NCBI GenBank assembly: GCA_943704425.1
Contig: CALSCP010000257.1
Coordinates: 1 to 64,000, forward strand
Source: Ministeria vibrans ATCC 50519
Taxonomy: Eukaryota; Protista; Filasterea
DNA: 64,000 bases
Direction: 5' to 3'
Positions 48,570 to 62,221 of this stretch are shown in pieces. How positions within the stretch are numbered: position 1 is the first letter of the stretch; each line of letters starts with the position of its first letter. A program made the translations under genes and the position numbers. Under the pieces are notes generated by a model. That model did no database searches. It saw only the letters and a list, made by a program, of their open reading frames with translations, and was not told the origin of the DNA.

Positions 48570-51500
48570 AACTGTCCGATGGCGATATTAAAAGCTTTCT
48601 TAAGGCGCTGTTTGGGACGCTGCATCGGTATCGCGATCGAGCGTCCAAGCTGGGCGTGCTCAACACCTTTTCGGCATTGTGTGCACGCGATGCTTCGCGC
48701 GTCGCCTCCTTCGCCCTGCCGGCGCTCACTCGCATTTCCACCAGCTCTGTGGGTGCCTGTGCGGTCCTCATGGACTGGTCGTGCTGCGTCGTCGCCGCCG
48801 CGCCCGTCCAGCTGTTTACCGAGAAGCCAGCGTTGATCAAGGCAGCGCTCGCCGCTCAGGGAACCCTTCTCGTTGTCGCCGGTGACGCCAACGGAGTCTC
48901 CGCCTACCAGAAGATTGCTCGTCGTCTCGTCGCCATGCTTCAAAAGGGCCCGGCCTCGCTCGTGTCCATCTACTGGAGCACCGTCTTGGCGGCGTGCAAG
49001 GACAGCCCCTCGCAGACCGACCTTGCCATTGGGTCGCTGCTCTCCACCTGCTCCTCCTCCCCTCCGTCGACCGACCACGCCCTGCTCAAGCCTCTCTACA
49101 CCGCCTACGCCACCATGGTGACGAGCTCGCGTAGCGTTCCCTCAGCCGGCATCCTCGTTGCCACCGCGCCCCTCTTTGCCGTGGCGACCCTCGAAGACCT
49201 ACGCGACATTATCGTGCCGGCCTTTGAACGCGCCCTTCTCCGCGTCCCCGAGTGTGTCCTCGATGCCCTTGCCTACACCCTTGGCCACGTGTCCAAGGTT
49301 GACATTAGTCCTTTCTTGGGGTCGCTCGGCAACACCGTCTGCAGTCAGCTCCTTGCAAAATCCATCGCTGTACGTGCCGCCTCCCTCACCACCCTCAGCA
49401 CTATGGCCCGCTGTTCGCAGTCCGCTGACGCCCTTCTTGTTCTTGCAAACACTCTCTTGGAGACGCTGGCAGGCAAAAAGAGTGGGAAAATCACGAGTGC
49501 GGAATTGCGCGTGACGCTCTTGGCTGGACTTGTTGCCGTTGCCGATGTCGACGGTTCCACCTTCTCGCTCACCCAACGCGCCTTTGCAACCAGTTTTACG
49601 TCAACTGCAGTCGCCACTGCAGGTAGTGCCGCATCTGCATCGTCGACAACGTCGTCGGCAGCAGCTGCGACTGCAAGCGCACCAGGTGCAGGCACTGCGG
49701 GATCTTCGGCGGCTCTCTCTGCCGACTCTTCCAACCTGCTTGCTGCACCTCCTGTGATCGCTGTCGCGGACGCCTCGTCCTCTTCCTCCTCCTCCTCGTC
49801 GTCGTCGCGTGTTTCTGCCGAGTCGCTCTCAATGACCGCCTCGCATGTGATCCAGCAGCTCATGACCGTGATTGCGACCGAGGCAAACGAACTTGTGCAG
49901 ACGACCGCGACCATTGCCTTGCGCGCCTGGTCGAGCCGCCTTCAGTCGTGGCCCGATGCCCTCAGCGAACCCTGTACCAAGGCCCTGGCGGCCGCTCCGT
50001 CCAAGACGCCTGCTGCCAACCTCCTTGCCGATCGCTGGCTCGTCTGTCTCGAGGCTGTCTCCTCCGTCTGCGCCCCCTCCATTCCTGCCAGCATCTCCAA
50101 AGCACTCGGCGAGCTTGTTGTGCGCGACATAGCCGCCGGCGTGCCCAACACCCTTGCGTCGAGTGCCGCCATTGCTGCGAATGTCCTCTTGGGCATTTGC
50201 ATCGAGACCGCAACCAATCCCAGCGCCGCCTTCTGGGCATCTGTCTGCTCGCCACGCATCTTTATGACCGAGCGTCAGAGCCAATCGGCGTCGCACGACG
50301 TGCAACTCACTCAAGTCAACCTTATCGGCCGCTTGGTGCGTGTCAGTGTCAACAAGGACGACAGCGCCACCGTCTCATCCGTCTCTAATTTGTGCACCAC
50401 TAGTGTTCTCTTGCTTCTCGCGTCGAAACTGTGGCGTGTGCGCACCGCCGCAGCCGACATTCTCGTTGCGGCAGCCATTGTCAATGGTTCCCTCGCCTAC
50501 GCCGAGTCTCTCGTACGCGCCTACATTACCTTGGTATCGACACGCAACAACGTCTCTCACGGTGGTCGCGCTGCCAACCGTGATCTAGCGGGCGTCCTCG
50601 CTGCATGCTGTGCTTTACCCACCGCCACCACAGACCCCTCGGTGGGCAATGCGGCAAATGCTTCACTTGCCGCTCTTGCCTTAGCTGCTGCGCAGCTTCC
50701 AGCCGTGCGCGCCTTCGCCCCGTCGTCCTGGCACACCGCTGTGACCGCTTGCACCGGGGCGGTTGACGCCGAAAAGTACGTGTGTCGCTTTGCGACGTCT
50801 CTCTTGCGCTTTCTCGCCGCCGAAGCAACCGCGTGTGTTGCCACCGATGCTGACTGGCAGGATGCTTGTCTACGTGCCATTACGGTCGTCGCTACGTGCC
50901 TTGCCGACTCGGACTCAATGGACGCCGTGCCCGTCGTGCACGCACTCAAGCCCATCTTTGCTGACTGGCTCAATGTCACTGCCGTTGGCGAGCTCACTCC
51001 GCGCGACGTTGGCGTGTACCTTACCAACGAGGGCACACTCTTTGACTCGAGCGCCGTCGACGCTCTTGGCTCGTCGGGTGCGGGTGCTCGGTCGGGCGGC
51101 AAGGACGCCGCGTGGGAGGCGCAGGTGCGCGCGGAGCTTGCCAAGAAGAAGGGTGAAGTCGTGTTGACGGCCAAGCAGAAACAGGTGCAGGCTCAGTTGC
51201 TCAAGGACGAAGCAGAGGTGCGTGAGCGCGTAGCGCTCGTAGACCAGGTCGTCTCACGCGGCCTCAACCTTGCACTGCTTTTGTGCCGTCGCCTCTCGAC
51301 AGCGTGTGAACTTGCCGAACGCCTGGTGCCCACTCTGTTGCACCTGTCTGGTTTGCCGCTGACTGGCAAGCGTGCAGCACTCGCCTGGATCGAACTGCTG
51401 CGTACTCTTGCGGCGCTGCCTGCCTTCAGCGCCACCTTTCCCTTTGGTACACTCGAAACCATCGGTTTTGTCACGTTGCGTCGTGCAGTGCACGGTGCAG

Positions 51501-54500
51501 CCCAGTCGGGCGCCCTCTTCGACCCCGAGTGGTGTGTTGAGCCTCTTGCGCAGGCAATGGATCGTTCGCTCGCCAACGTCGCTCACTCCATTGCTCTTGT
51601 GCCCATTACCACAGCACTTTTTGCTTGTCTCTGGCCCGTCTCGCGTGTCGTTCTCACGGATCAGGCCGCGCCCGCGTCCCTCGTCGAGTCCGCCGTCACC
51701 ATTGTCGCACAACACGCATCGCTCGGTGTCACCTGGGCCGGCGATAGTTCGCTGCCACCCTCCATTGTTGCCGCACTTTCAGCCTCGGTGGAACTTCACG
51801 CGTCGGCGTGTGCACGCGCGCGTGACGCCGTCGTCGATTGGAGCACCAACTGTGGGGCGTCCATGAGCCACGGCGCGGGTCTTTCGGCCCTGTGCAACGG
51901 TCTCTGGTCGCCGAGCTCGCCTTTGCGTGAGGGCTGTTTGCGTGCACTGACGGCACTCTCCGAGTCGCTTGAGATGCCCGCCGATTCGGTGCACATTTGG
52001 ACGGCGACCTTTGACGATGTGCTCACCAATGTGGACCTGGCACAGGCATTGTGGCGTCGTTTCGGCGTGCCCCACACCGCCGGCCGATGCCTTTCTCTTG
52101 TTGAGCTCACCTCGTCCGACGTCGACTACGTGCGTGACGTTGCCACCAAGGCGCTGGCCGCGTCACTTGACAATCTCGGTGACACGGAGGACGCCGAGGC
52201 GACCGCGGCTCTTCTCACCGATCGTCTCATTGAGATGCACGCGGACCTGTCGCGCGTAATCGCACCGGAGCGTGATCAATTTGGTAACTTGGTGGGCGAG
52301 CCGCCGCGCGATCGATGGCAGGCACGCGTGGGCGTCGCAACAGCCATGGAGCGAGCTGCCGTGGGACTGTGTCGCTCGACCCCCGCCATCATGCGTATCT
52401 TCCAGTTGCTCGCCGATGGCAACGCACTGGGCGACCGCGAATCGAGTGTGCGCGCCGCGATCCTCAAGGCAGGCATGGCGCTGATTGACGCTTGTGGTGC
52501 GCGGCTCTCCACCGAGCTGCTGGCGGTCTTTGAAGACTTTCTTGATGCGCCGCACACCTCGAGCAGCATATACGACTACACACGCGAAGGTGTCGTTGTG
52601 CTGATGGGATCGCTGGCGCGTCATTTTGGTGCAGGCGAGTCGGATCGTGTGGGACCCGTCGTGGACAAACTCATCCTGGCGCTGTCGACACCATCACAGA
52701 GTGTACAGCAGGCTGTGTCGCGCTGCCTGCCGGCACTCGTGCCGCGCATTAGTGCACGTGTGCCCGAACTCATTGAACAGCTGCTGCAGGATGTCCTCGA
52801 GGGCTCGTCGTACGGCGTGCGTCGTGGCGCAGCCTTTGGTCTGGCGGGTCTGGTCAAGGGTCAGGGTCTCAGTTCGTTGAAACAATGTAACATTATGAGT
52901 CGACTGCAGGAAGCAGTGCAGAACAAGAAGCGCGTAGTGCATCGCGAGGGTGCTCTACTTGCCTTTGAGACTCTCTGCGTGACACTTGGACGTCTCTTTG
53001 AACCGTACATCATCACGGTGCTGCCCCACATGCTGGCGTGCTTTGGCGATGGCAACAAAGACGTGCGTGCGGCGACAGAAGACACAGCACGTGTCATCAT
53101 GGGCAACCTGAGCGCCCATGGCGTCAAACTGGTGCTGCCGGCGCTTCTTGAGGCACTCGAAGACCGCGCCTGGCGAACCAAGCAAGGTAGCGCCGAAATG
53201 CTCGGCAAGATGGCCTTTTGTGCGCCCAAGCAGCTCTCGTCGTGTCTGCCTACCATTGTCCCTCGTCTCACCGAAGTGCTTGCTGACTCGCACATCAAAG
53301 TGCAAGAGGCAGGTGCACTCGCCCTGAAGCAAATTGGCTCGGTGATTCGCAATCCCGAAGTGCAACTTATTGTGCCTACGCTGCTCGATGCGCTCGCGCG
53401 TCCTGACGCCGCTGCACAGCGTTCCTTGTCGCAACTGCTTCACACTGAATTTGTGCACTTTATCGATGCACCATCGCTCGCGCTCATCATGCCCATTGTG
53501 GAGCGTGCGCTCATGTCGCGCTCAACCGACACCAAGCGCATGGCGGCGCAGATTGTCGGCAACATGAGTAACCTGACGGACCACAAGGATCTGGCGCCCT
53601 ACCTGCCCTCACTGGTGCCGGGCATCAAGCAGGTGCTGCTCGATCCGATTCCTGAGGTGCGTGGCATTGCAAGCAAGGCGCTCGGTCGCATGGTGCGTGC
53701 CATGGGCGAGCAAACCTTCAACGATCTGGTGCCCTGGTTGCGTGCCACGATGGAGGCGGACACGGGCACTGTGGATCGCGCTGGTGCCGCTCAGGGACTC
53801 AGCGAGGTGCTGCTCACGCTGGGCACGGACCGCCTGCGTGACTTTATGGAGGTGGCCATTGAGGGCTGTCGCTCCGAGTTCCCCTGGACTCGCGAAGGCT
53901 ACACCATGCTCTTCATTTACATGCCGTCCGTGTTTGGCGATGCGCTCCTGCCCTACGTGGGCCCCGTGCTGCCGGCGCTTCTTGAGGGCCTGGCTGACGA
54001 GCACGAGTATGTGCGCGATGCGGCACTCAAGGCCGGCCAAATGATTATTAACCACTTTGCCGACACATCAGTGGAGCTTCTCTTGCCGCACCTTGACCAG
54101 GGTCTGTGCGACGCCAACTGGCGTATCCGTCAGTCGAGCGTGCAACTGTTGGGTGACCTGCTCTACTCGCTGGGCGGACTCAGTGGCAAGAAGTCGACCA
54201 TTGGCGACGAGGACGAGGGCTTTGGCACTGAAGAGGCGCAAAAGATGATTGCCGTGGCGCTGGGCGCCGAACGTCGTCGTCGTGTGCTTGCGGGACTGTA
54301 CCTGGCGCGCCAGGATGTGCAATTGGTGGTGCGTCAACTGGCGATGCACGTGTGGAAGACGGTCGTGGTGAACACGACGCGAACCGTGCGCGAACTGCTG
54401 CCGGTGCTCATGACTCTCATTCTCGATGCGCTTGCAAGCACCACGGTCGACCGACGCACCGTGGCGGCACGCACACTTGGCGACATTGTGCGCAAACTTG

Positions 54501-56722
54501 GCGACCGTGTGCTGCCGGACATTCTGCAGATTATCGAGACGGGTCTGAATGCGGCGAGCGAGCCAGGACGACGAGAGGGCGTGTGCATTGCGCTGCACGA
54601 GATCATTTCGAGCACGACCCGCGACACCATTGAGAGTTACACCTCGATCCTAATCATGTCGGTACGTCGTGCGCTCAGTGACGAGTCGGAGGCGGTGCGC
54701 AAGGCGGCAGGAAAGACGTTTGCGGCGTTGTACGGTGCATGCGGTGCGGTCGCCATTGATGGCGTGGTGCCACCTCTGCTGTCGGCACTCAAGTCGACGG
54801 ACGAGTCGAAGTCGACGCTGGCACTTGCGGGTCTACGTGAGCTTATGGGGGTTAAAAGCAACGCCGTGTTACCCTTCCTTGTGCCCAAGCTGACGGTGCA
54901 GCCAGTGACACCGTTTAATGCGCAAGCACTTGCATCACTGGTCGGAGTCGCAGGTGAGGCGCTCAACCGACACCTGCCGGTGATCATCAAGGCGCTTGTG
55001 ATGTCGGTAAGTGCGCGAGGCTGCTCGCCGGCGGTTGAGGAGGCCGCGTGTGAGCTCATTTCCAAGGTGGAGACGGTCGATGGCGTGCTCTCGATGACGG
55101 AGGATTTGTGTGCTTTGATGCGTGAGCAGTTGCCGGAGGTGCGCTGTGCGGCCACCAAGCTACTGTGTGCTTACTGCGGCAGCGAGTCGTTTGTCTATGA
55201 CGAGGAGGTCTTTGACACGCTGTTGGATGCGGCAATGCAGCGTATGGCGGACGCCGCCGAGGATGTCGTGGCCATCTCTTGGGAGGCGTTCAACCACTTG
55301 ATGGAGCAAGCGCCCGCCGAGGAGCTGCCGGTCATCCTGCCGATGATTCGTCGTGCACTGAGTGCGCACACGTCGGGGCTGACTCTCTTGCCGGGATTCT
55401 GTCTTGCGCACGGCAATGGTATCAAGCCCGTGCTGGGACTGCTGCTGACGGGGATGAAGAGCGGTACGAGCGAGACGCGCGAGCAGTGCGCGTCGACGCT
55501 GAGTGACGTGATTTGTCTGACGGACCAGGTGGGTCTCAAGGCGCACATTCGCACCATCACGGGCAAGCTTATTGGAGTGTTTGGTGAGCAGTCGAGTCCG
55601 CATGTCAAGGCGAGTCTGCTCTATGCGATGCGTGATCTCATGAAGCAGGCGCAGCTGCTCATCAAGATGTTCTTGCCGCAGCTGCAGCCCACTTGCACCA
55701 AGGCACTGCGCGATCCCAAGCGGCCTGTGCGTGTGGCCGCGGGTGCCGCCCTCGAGTACCTCGTCATGTACATTCCGCGTCTGGACCGTCTGCTCGCCGA
55801 GGTGAACACGGCGGTGCAGACGCACGGGACGGACGCGGAGGCGGACGTGTGCGAGACGACCCTGGCCGCTCTGGTGAAGATCTTGTCAGCGAGCCTTGAA
55901 CGCGCGAGTGACGAGAACAAGCGTTTGTTGATGGAGTCGCTGCAGGGCTGTTTGGCACACCCCTCGTCGACATTGCGCGACTCTGCGGCCGACGCACTCT
56001 CAGTGCTGTACACGGGTCTCAACGAGGAGCAACAGAGCGCCATTGTGAGCGCCGCCACGGCCACTGTGAGTACCGACGATGCCGAGGGTGTTGCCCTCAC
56101 GCTGGGTCGTATCCAGCTACTTTCACGTCTGCTCTACCGCGATGCCTCGGGTGTCCTGGCTGAGCCCGCCACGGCCGACCTGATTGGGCGTCTTCTGCGC
56201 TCCTCCAACATTACACTGGTGCGCTCAGTCGCGTCCACTGCTGCACTCTTCTGCGCCCAATCACTCGCGTACAACCAACAGTCGCCTCCATCCGAGATGA
56301 TTCAGCTTCTAGTGAGTCGCACGGACGCACAGAACAGCAACGACACAGTGATCCCAATCCTCGATGCGATCCGGTTCGCGACCAAGCACGCACCGCTCGG
56401 CCGGGCGGGACTGCGACCCTTGCTGCTCTCTGCCTGCCTCGCCGCCGTCGGCCGCGACCGCAGCCAACCTGTCCGCCATGCTGCCGACCGCGCCATTTAC
56501 TACCTTTTTTCCGTCGATCAGGGTCTTGCCGAAGTTGATGTACGAAAGTTGTCTCTGTTGTTGTTGTTGTGTGTATTAATTTTTTTTTTTTTGTTGTTGC
56601 TCTTGTAGAGTTATGTGGCGTCCAAGAAGATTGTCGATGCCAATGTGGCCAAAATGCTTTCGGATACTGCTCGGCGGGCGTTGGAGAATGCGTTGGAGGC
56701 TGATAGTGATGCCGAAAGTTGA
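48570..56722 (+). CDS. GCN1: GCN1 eIF2-alpha kinase activator (HEAT repeats); first exon (about 40 aa) not found
   Basis: LF.TLHRYRD.AS; LSTPS.SVQ.AV..CLP.LV; RRGAAFGLAGLVKG; LGRLFEPYI; NLSAHGVKLVLP.LL; WRTKQGS; FCAPKQLSSCLP.IVP; FVHFIDAPSLALIMPI; NWRIRQSSVQLLGDLL; FLPQLQ.T. Confidence 0.96.
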
Positions 56723-57024
56723 AAATGTGTCAAAAGATCAGAGAGAAACCGAGAGAAAGAGAGAGGTGTGTGAGAGTAAATTGGTTCAAGACTTAACTTT
56801 CACACTTTTACTTCTTTCAACAGCTGTATGTCACGTCTGCGATAAAATTCATAGAGAAGGGAGTGGCACGTGGTAGTAGACTAGTAGTGGGGTACATGGA
56901 CAGACGATGACTGGTGAAATATTGTGGCGCTAAGACAAATAATTAATAGAGAAAATCATTTTCTTCAAATAAACTACAAAATAAAAAATAAAATAATTAT
57001 TATTTTTCTTTAGAGATTCCGTAC

Positions 57025-58340
57025 ATGTCAAGTGCGCGAACGGAGGGCCTGGAGCCGCCTGGGGGAGACCAAGTGGAGCGAATGGACACAACAAGCGCTG
57101 ATGGAGTTTCAACGGCTGAAAAAGCAACGGAGAAGACGGCGGACGAGGGCGTCGTGGGTGACTCCAACAGCGATGATGGAGCCAAGGAGAGCGGCGGAGA
57201 CGAAGAAAGCGGCTCGAACGGCGACTACGGAAAAGATTTTGACGTTGGCGCGTTTGCCCCAAAGCGCATTTTGCGCGCGCGCGGAGTTCAGGTGGGTCGT
57301 CTGCACTAACCGAGTAGATGCATTGTGCTTTAATCCGTAGGGTGGAGAAAGGCGTGCGGCCATCCATGAATTTCTTCTGAGCGCGAAGCGAACAATTCTT
57401 TTGTGTCGCGTCTCTGCCCTGCAAACCAGTTTCCGTCGCCGTCTCCCACCGAAATGCACGTCGTTCGCATTGCCGCAATCCTCAAAAGTTCCCGAGTGTT
57501 CCTGTGATACTGCTCCTTGCGTTGTTTCACGTGTTGTGACTTGCTCAGGGGGTTTTTTTGCGTATGCGTATTATTCGTGTGGGTCGTCAAAAAAAAAAAA
57601 AGGATGAAAAGAAAAATGTGTTTCGTCTTTTCGTCTCTCATTTGTCGCATAGCACGTTGACAGCGTTTGTTGCATGTACGACATTTGGCTGTGTGCATTT
57701 CTCTTTGCCCATTTTTTGGTTATCATGTTTGAGACAGAATAATCTATGTCATTGTGTCCCGTTGTGTGCAACTAATTTTAAATTTTGCAACAAAAATTTT
57801 TTCATTGTGTGTGTGCGAGGGCGAAATGGAAAGAAGGACATAATTGAGCAGGACTGAACTGAATGTTTTCTTTCTTTCTTTTTTTTGTGTGTGCGCAGAA
57901 AGAGAACAGTAGCAACAGTGAAGGGACGAGTGGAAATGGCGGAGAACGACAGACGAACGATGCGCCAATGGTGGAACCGCCAAAACGAGTGGGAGTTCCT
58001 TTGAAGTCACTTGACAAGGATCAGTTGGCCACTGAGGTAATAATGGATACAGTGACAGACAGAGAGGTTTAGGGACTTTTTGATTGATTGTGTTCATTTG
58101 TGTTAGCTGGATGCGATTGCCGATGATGTGACGATGAGGGGACGATTTGGGAAGAAGGGGCGCAGGAAAGGTGTTGTGCCGCGCACTGCGGACGGAGAGC
58201 CCTGTGAGGTGTTTGTGTACGGGCTCAAGACGTGCACTGACGCATACAATGTAAGCCTAAGCCACAGTCCATTGTCCTGTCTGTGTCCCTATGTTGTTTC
58301 ACTTTATTCTTCTCTTTCCTCTCTCCCATCTCGTCGTCTC

Positions 58341-58384
<44 letters not shown>

Positions 58385-59706
58385 TCACACACTCACTCAT
58401 TCACTCACTCACTCACTCTGTTTCTCTATCGTTATGTTTTGTTTTTTTTTGTTGGTAGTCTGAGGAGGAGGAGGAGGAGCTTGAGGAAAATGATGAATAC
58501 TGTCAGATGTGTACGGAGGGAGGAGAGTTGGTGTGCTGTGATGAGTGCCCGGCATCGTTTCATTTGGAGTGTGCCGAGCCGCCGCTGACTGAGGCGCCTG
58601 TTGGGGCGTACTCGTGCAAGCAGTGTCGGGATCGCAAGGAACTGGCGACGTGGAAGGAGAAGGAGAAGGCCGAGGCGAAGCGCAAGGCGGAGCGGGGCGC
58701 AGCGGAGAGGGCGCGTGTGGCGGCGCAGGCAGCGAGACGAAAGAAGGCACAGGAAGAAGAGGGAAAGAGTGACGAGGAGGACGGGCCAGCGCGAAAGAGA
58801 AGAGGGAGGGGGACGAGTAGTGCGGAAGATGGAAAGAGCAATGAGGAGAGCGATGAGGATTCGTCCGAGGGCGCAAAGGGGAAAGTCGCTAAGAGCAAGC
58901 AGCAGAAGCAACAGTCGGGAAGGAGCGCAAGACGGAAGGGGAGAAGCGATTCCGAGTCGGGCACTTCGGAAGAGTCGACGGATGAGGAGGATGACGACGA
59001 CGACGACGACATGGTGTTGTCGCGGTCGCGACGACGTGGTGGTGGGAGTACGACGACAACCGTGACTGCTTCGCGACCACGACGACGTGCGGCTCGTGGC
59101 AAGGCTCGTGGTGGTGGGAGTGACGAGGATGGGGCAACGTCTGCCTTTACCGATGAGGACACACCACTATCGATGCGACTGCAAGATCTTGACGGGACCT
59201 TGCTACAGGAACGACGAGGCATGCGTGCTGTGCGACGTGGTGCGATTGGCAAGAAACTGATGGAGCCGCTGCTGGAGCGTCTCTACTCGATCAAACCGTC
59301 GTGTTTCTCGTGTCCCAAGGAAGTCCAAGAGGCCTGTGTACAGATGGCTGCACCGCCGCCGACCATTCGTCGTCCGTTGCGCGACCGTAGTCGCATTGGC
59401 GGTGCCTCGTCGTCACTCAACGGCAGTACCACCACGACGACAGTTGCGGCAGACAAGGCAACAGCAAGTGGCAATGGTGTCAATGCGAGTTCCGCCACTG
59501 GCACGGACCTGGTTGATCTGGACTATGCGCGCAGTGCCAAAGTCACCATTTGCTTCCAGTGTCAAGGCAAGAGCACCGCTCGTCCGCTCTTTGGCACAGC
59601 GGCTCCACCGCCGTCACAGTCGAAAATGGCCTCTTGTTCACAGGTAACTTATATTGTTGTTTGCTCTAACTCTACTTCTCTTACATCACATTATTCTTTC
59701 CTCCCT

Positions 59707-59804
<98 letters not shown>

Positions 59805-59871
59805 CTTTGTTTCTTTTTTCCTCTCTTTCTTTCTTTCTCTCAAACCATTCGTGACGATAATATGATTATTA

Positions 59872-59928
<57 letters not shown>

Positions 59929-61202
59929 TGTACTGTTATTAATATTATTGTCTCATTTTGTATTATTATTAGTGTCCACTGACGTTTCATTTGGACTGTG
60001 TGAACCCACCTTTGAGCCACATGCCCAAGAGAGGGTGGCTGTGTCCCGCACACGGACAGGCACTGCTCAAGCAACGAACCAGCTCGCGCAAGACAGACCA
60101 GGAGAATGCCATGGCCATTGATATGCTCACGCTTAATGCGGAGCTCGTCAAGCTCAACTTTGCGGCGCGTGTGCGCTCAAGTGTGGTTGCAGATGCACTG
60201 CAACACGTTCCCTCGGCACCTGCCGTACCTATGGTTCCACTTGCAGTAAGACACAAGAAGGAGAAAAAAAAATAAGGAAAGAGAGAACGAGTTTGAAATA
60301 CCCTTGTGTGTGTGATAGGTGCTCGAGGCGTATCATGGCGCCAGTGCAGAGGCAGTGGCGTCTGCGACGGAGCGCGACGCAGCACTGGGGTTGTTGCGGT
60401 GCAGCGCAAGCACTCCCGAGACCACGGGCGATATGCTGTCTGGCGGCAGTACAAGTGAAAGTCCAGAGAGCAATGGAGAGTCAGCGTCGTTGAGCAAGAA
60501 GCGACGCACTAGTGACGACGATGAGTGGGCGCCTGAACACAGTGGCGGTGTGAATGCAGAGTGTGGGGTTGAGCCAGCAAAGAGCAAGCGAGCACGTCTG
60601 GCGGTCGCCGGAAACCCTTGTGACTGTCGTCTGCACGACCCGCGCAACCCCAATGATGCGCATGCAGTGCTCTACTTTGGACCGGGCGCAGTGGTATGAC
60701 ATGTTGAAAATTGCCAGGATTTATTTTAAACTATTTTTTTTTGTTGTTAGCTCGCATCCTATGTGTACAATGATGTGCTGAGCATCTGCTGTGGAATACC
60801 AGAAGGTAAGAGAAGACGACCAAAAAGAGAGACGGACGAACAATCTCACATGTGGCGACAGAGTGTGCGGGACGTGAGGGAGTGCTTGATCTTGCACGGT
60901 TTGGCGCGCACGCTACCAACGAACGAGGGCCCCACTGTACTCTCTGCCGCGACCCCTTTGACGGCTCTTATTCCCTTGTGACACGCAAGACTGTCGTTGT
61001 CAACAAATCTGGTAGAGAAACAAAACAAAAAATGTGTGAGCCGAGCTGTCTTTGCCTCTCTGACTTACGTTTGTCTTTTTTTTTTTGTGTGTGTTTTTAA
61101 AAAGTGTTCGCCGAGGGCTCTTCCGTACCTGTACTTGACCGGGCGACCATTGTTGTTGCTGGTGTGTCGCTGCTATTTCGCTGTCGACCCGTCTCACTGT
61201 AA
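57025..61202 (+). CDS. PHF12: PHF12/Rco1-like double-PHD Sin3-HDAC complex subunit with degenerate FHA; 5' exon structure uncertain
   Basis: PHD1 NDEYCQMCTEGGELVCCDECPASFHLECAEPPL; P...L...KP..F..P.E segment; PHD2 CFQC...CSQ|CPLTFHLDCVNPPL..MP..GWLCPAH; VKLNF..RV; C-terminal FHA-like LDLARFG...HCTL..D...YSL. Confidence 0.8.
59712..59926 (+). repeat. (CT)n and (ATT)n microsatellites in a PHF12 intron
   Basis: Directly visible. Confidence 0.95.
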
Positions 61203-61274
61203 GCCATGTGCTCCACTTTGCTCCGTTATAGTACAAAATCGTTTTTTTATATTCTCTTCATCTACATTAAGCGC

Positions 61275-62109
61275 TTAATTCACGACTGTGTCGGAAAGTT
61301 GACGTGCTTCGCGTGCGCAAACAAGTGCGACGTAGTCTTGATCAGTGATGTTACGGCTGTTGCCAAAGCGGCGTAGAGCGACTGACAATTGAACGGCAAG
61401 AATGTGTTTGCACTAGACGTAGAGAAGAAAGATGGAGTGTCGACTTGCGTCTCTTGCAAAAACAAGTCAACAACATGATTCGTACTGTGACACTGTCACT
61501 GCGTTGCAAAACAGAATAGGTGAATGACGGGCAGGTGCAGTAGTTGGAGACGGGTAAGCAGAGGTAGTGATTCCCTGAAGAGCCCATGACCTAATAAAAA
61601 AAAACATAATAAGAGAGATAGGAGAAAGAATCAAAGTGACGAAGAGTGCAAGTCAAGTGCGAATAATTTATTATGATATTATGGTGTACTTGAAATAGCT
61701 CTCGGCCACTGGGCGTGACGAGCTGGGTGACAAATGAGCGGTCGATGAGGTCAAGGGCGTGCAAGAGCTGGTCGCCGTACACAAAGGAGAGGCTAAAGAA
61801 GAAAACAAAAAACGTTGAGGGGACGGGAGAGAAACGCGAACGAAACGTACGCAGACAAAACTTCGTCCGGCACTACAAAAAAGGAAGTTAGAAGGGTAGA
61901 TCTGCTGTTGGCTGGTAGCATGGCAACACGTGACAAGTCGTACCGCGTTCGGCAGGATCGTTTCGGGCGGAAAGCTCGCGAATCAACAGCGAACCAATTT
62001 CCGACAGACATACTGGCTCGGCGGCTTGCTGCTGTAGTTGTTGAGCTATAGGGGACTTTATCTGACGGGGGGATGTCCCATGATGATGATGTGATGAAGC
62101 TTGGTCCAT
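61275..62109 (-). CDS. ZSWIM7: SWIM zinc-finger protein 7 (SWS1, Shu complex)
   Basis: VPDEVLSA|L.FVYG..LLHALDLID...V......SGR..FQ|V.GSSG..Y.CL...NYCTCPSF.YSVL...|CKHILAV. Confidence 0.9.
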
Positions 62110-62221
62110 GAATAAATAATAAAATAATATGGATTAAGTCTCAACAGTTTAAAAACTAAAAATAATTTTAAATTTTTATTTTCTATTGTTACACACGTCG
62201 CCTAAGTTTTTACCAAGCACC

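Noticed and set aside
12530-56500. Many long antisense or alternate-frame ORFs overlapping CCP1, SPG11, SKI3 and GCN1
   Set aside because: Expected shadows of GC-rich coding sequence; no recognisable motifs.
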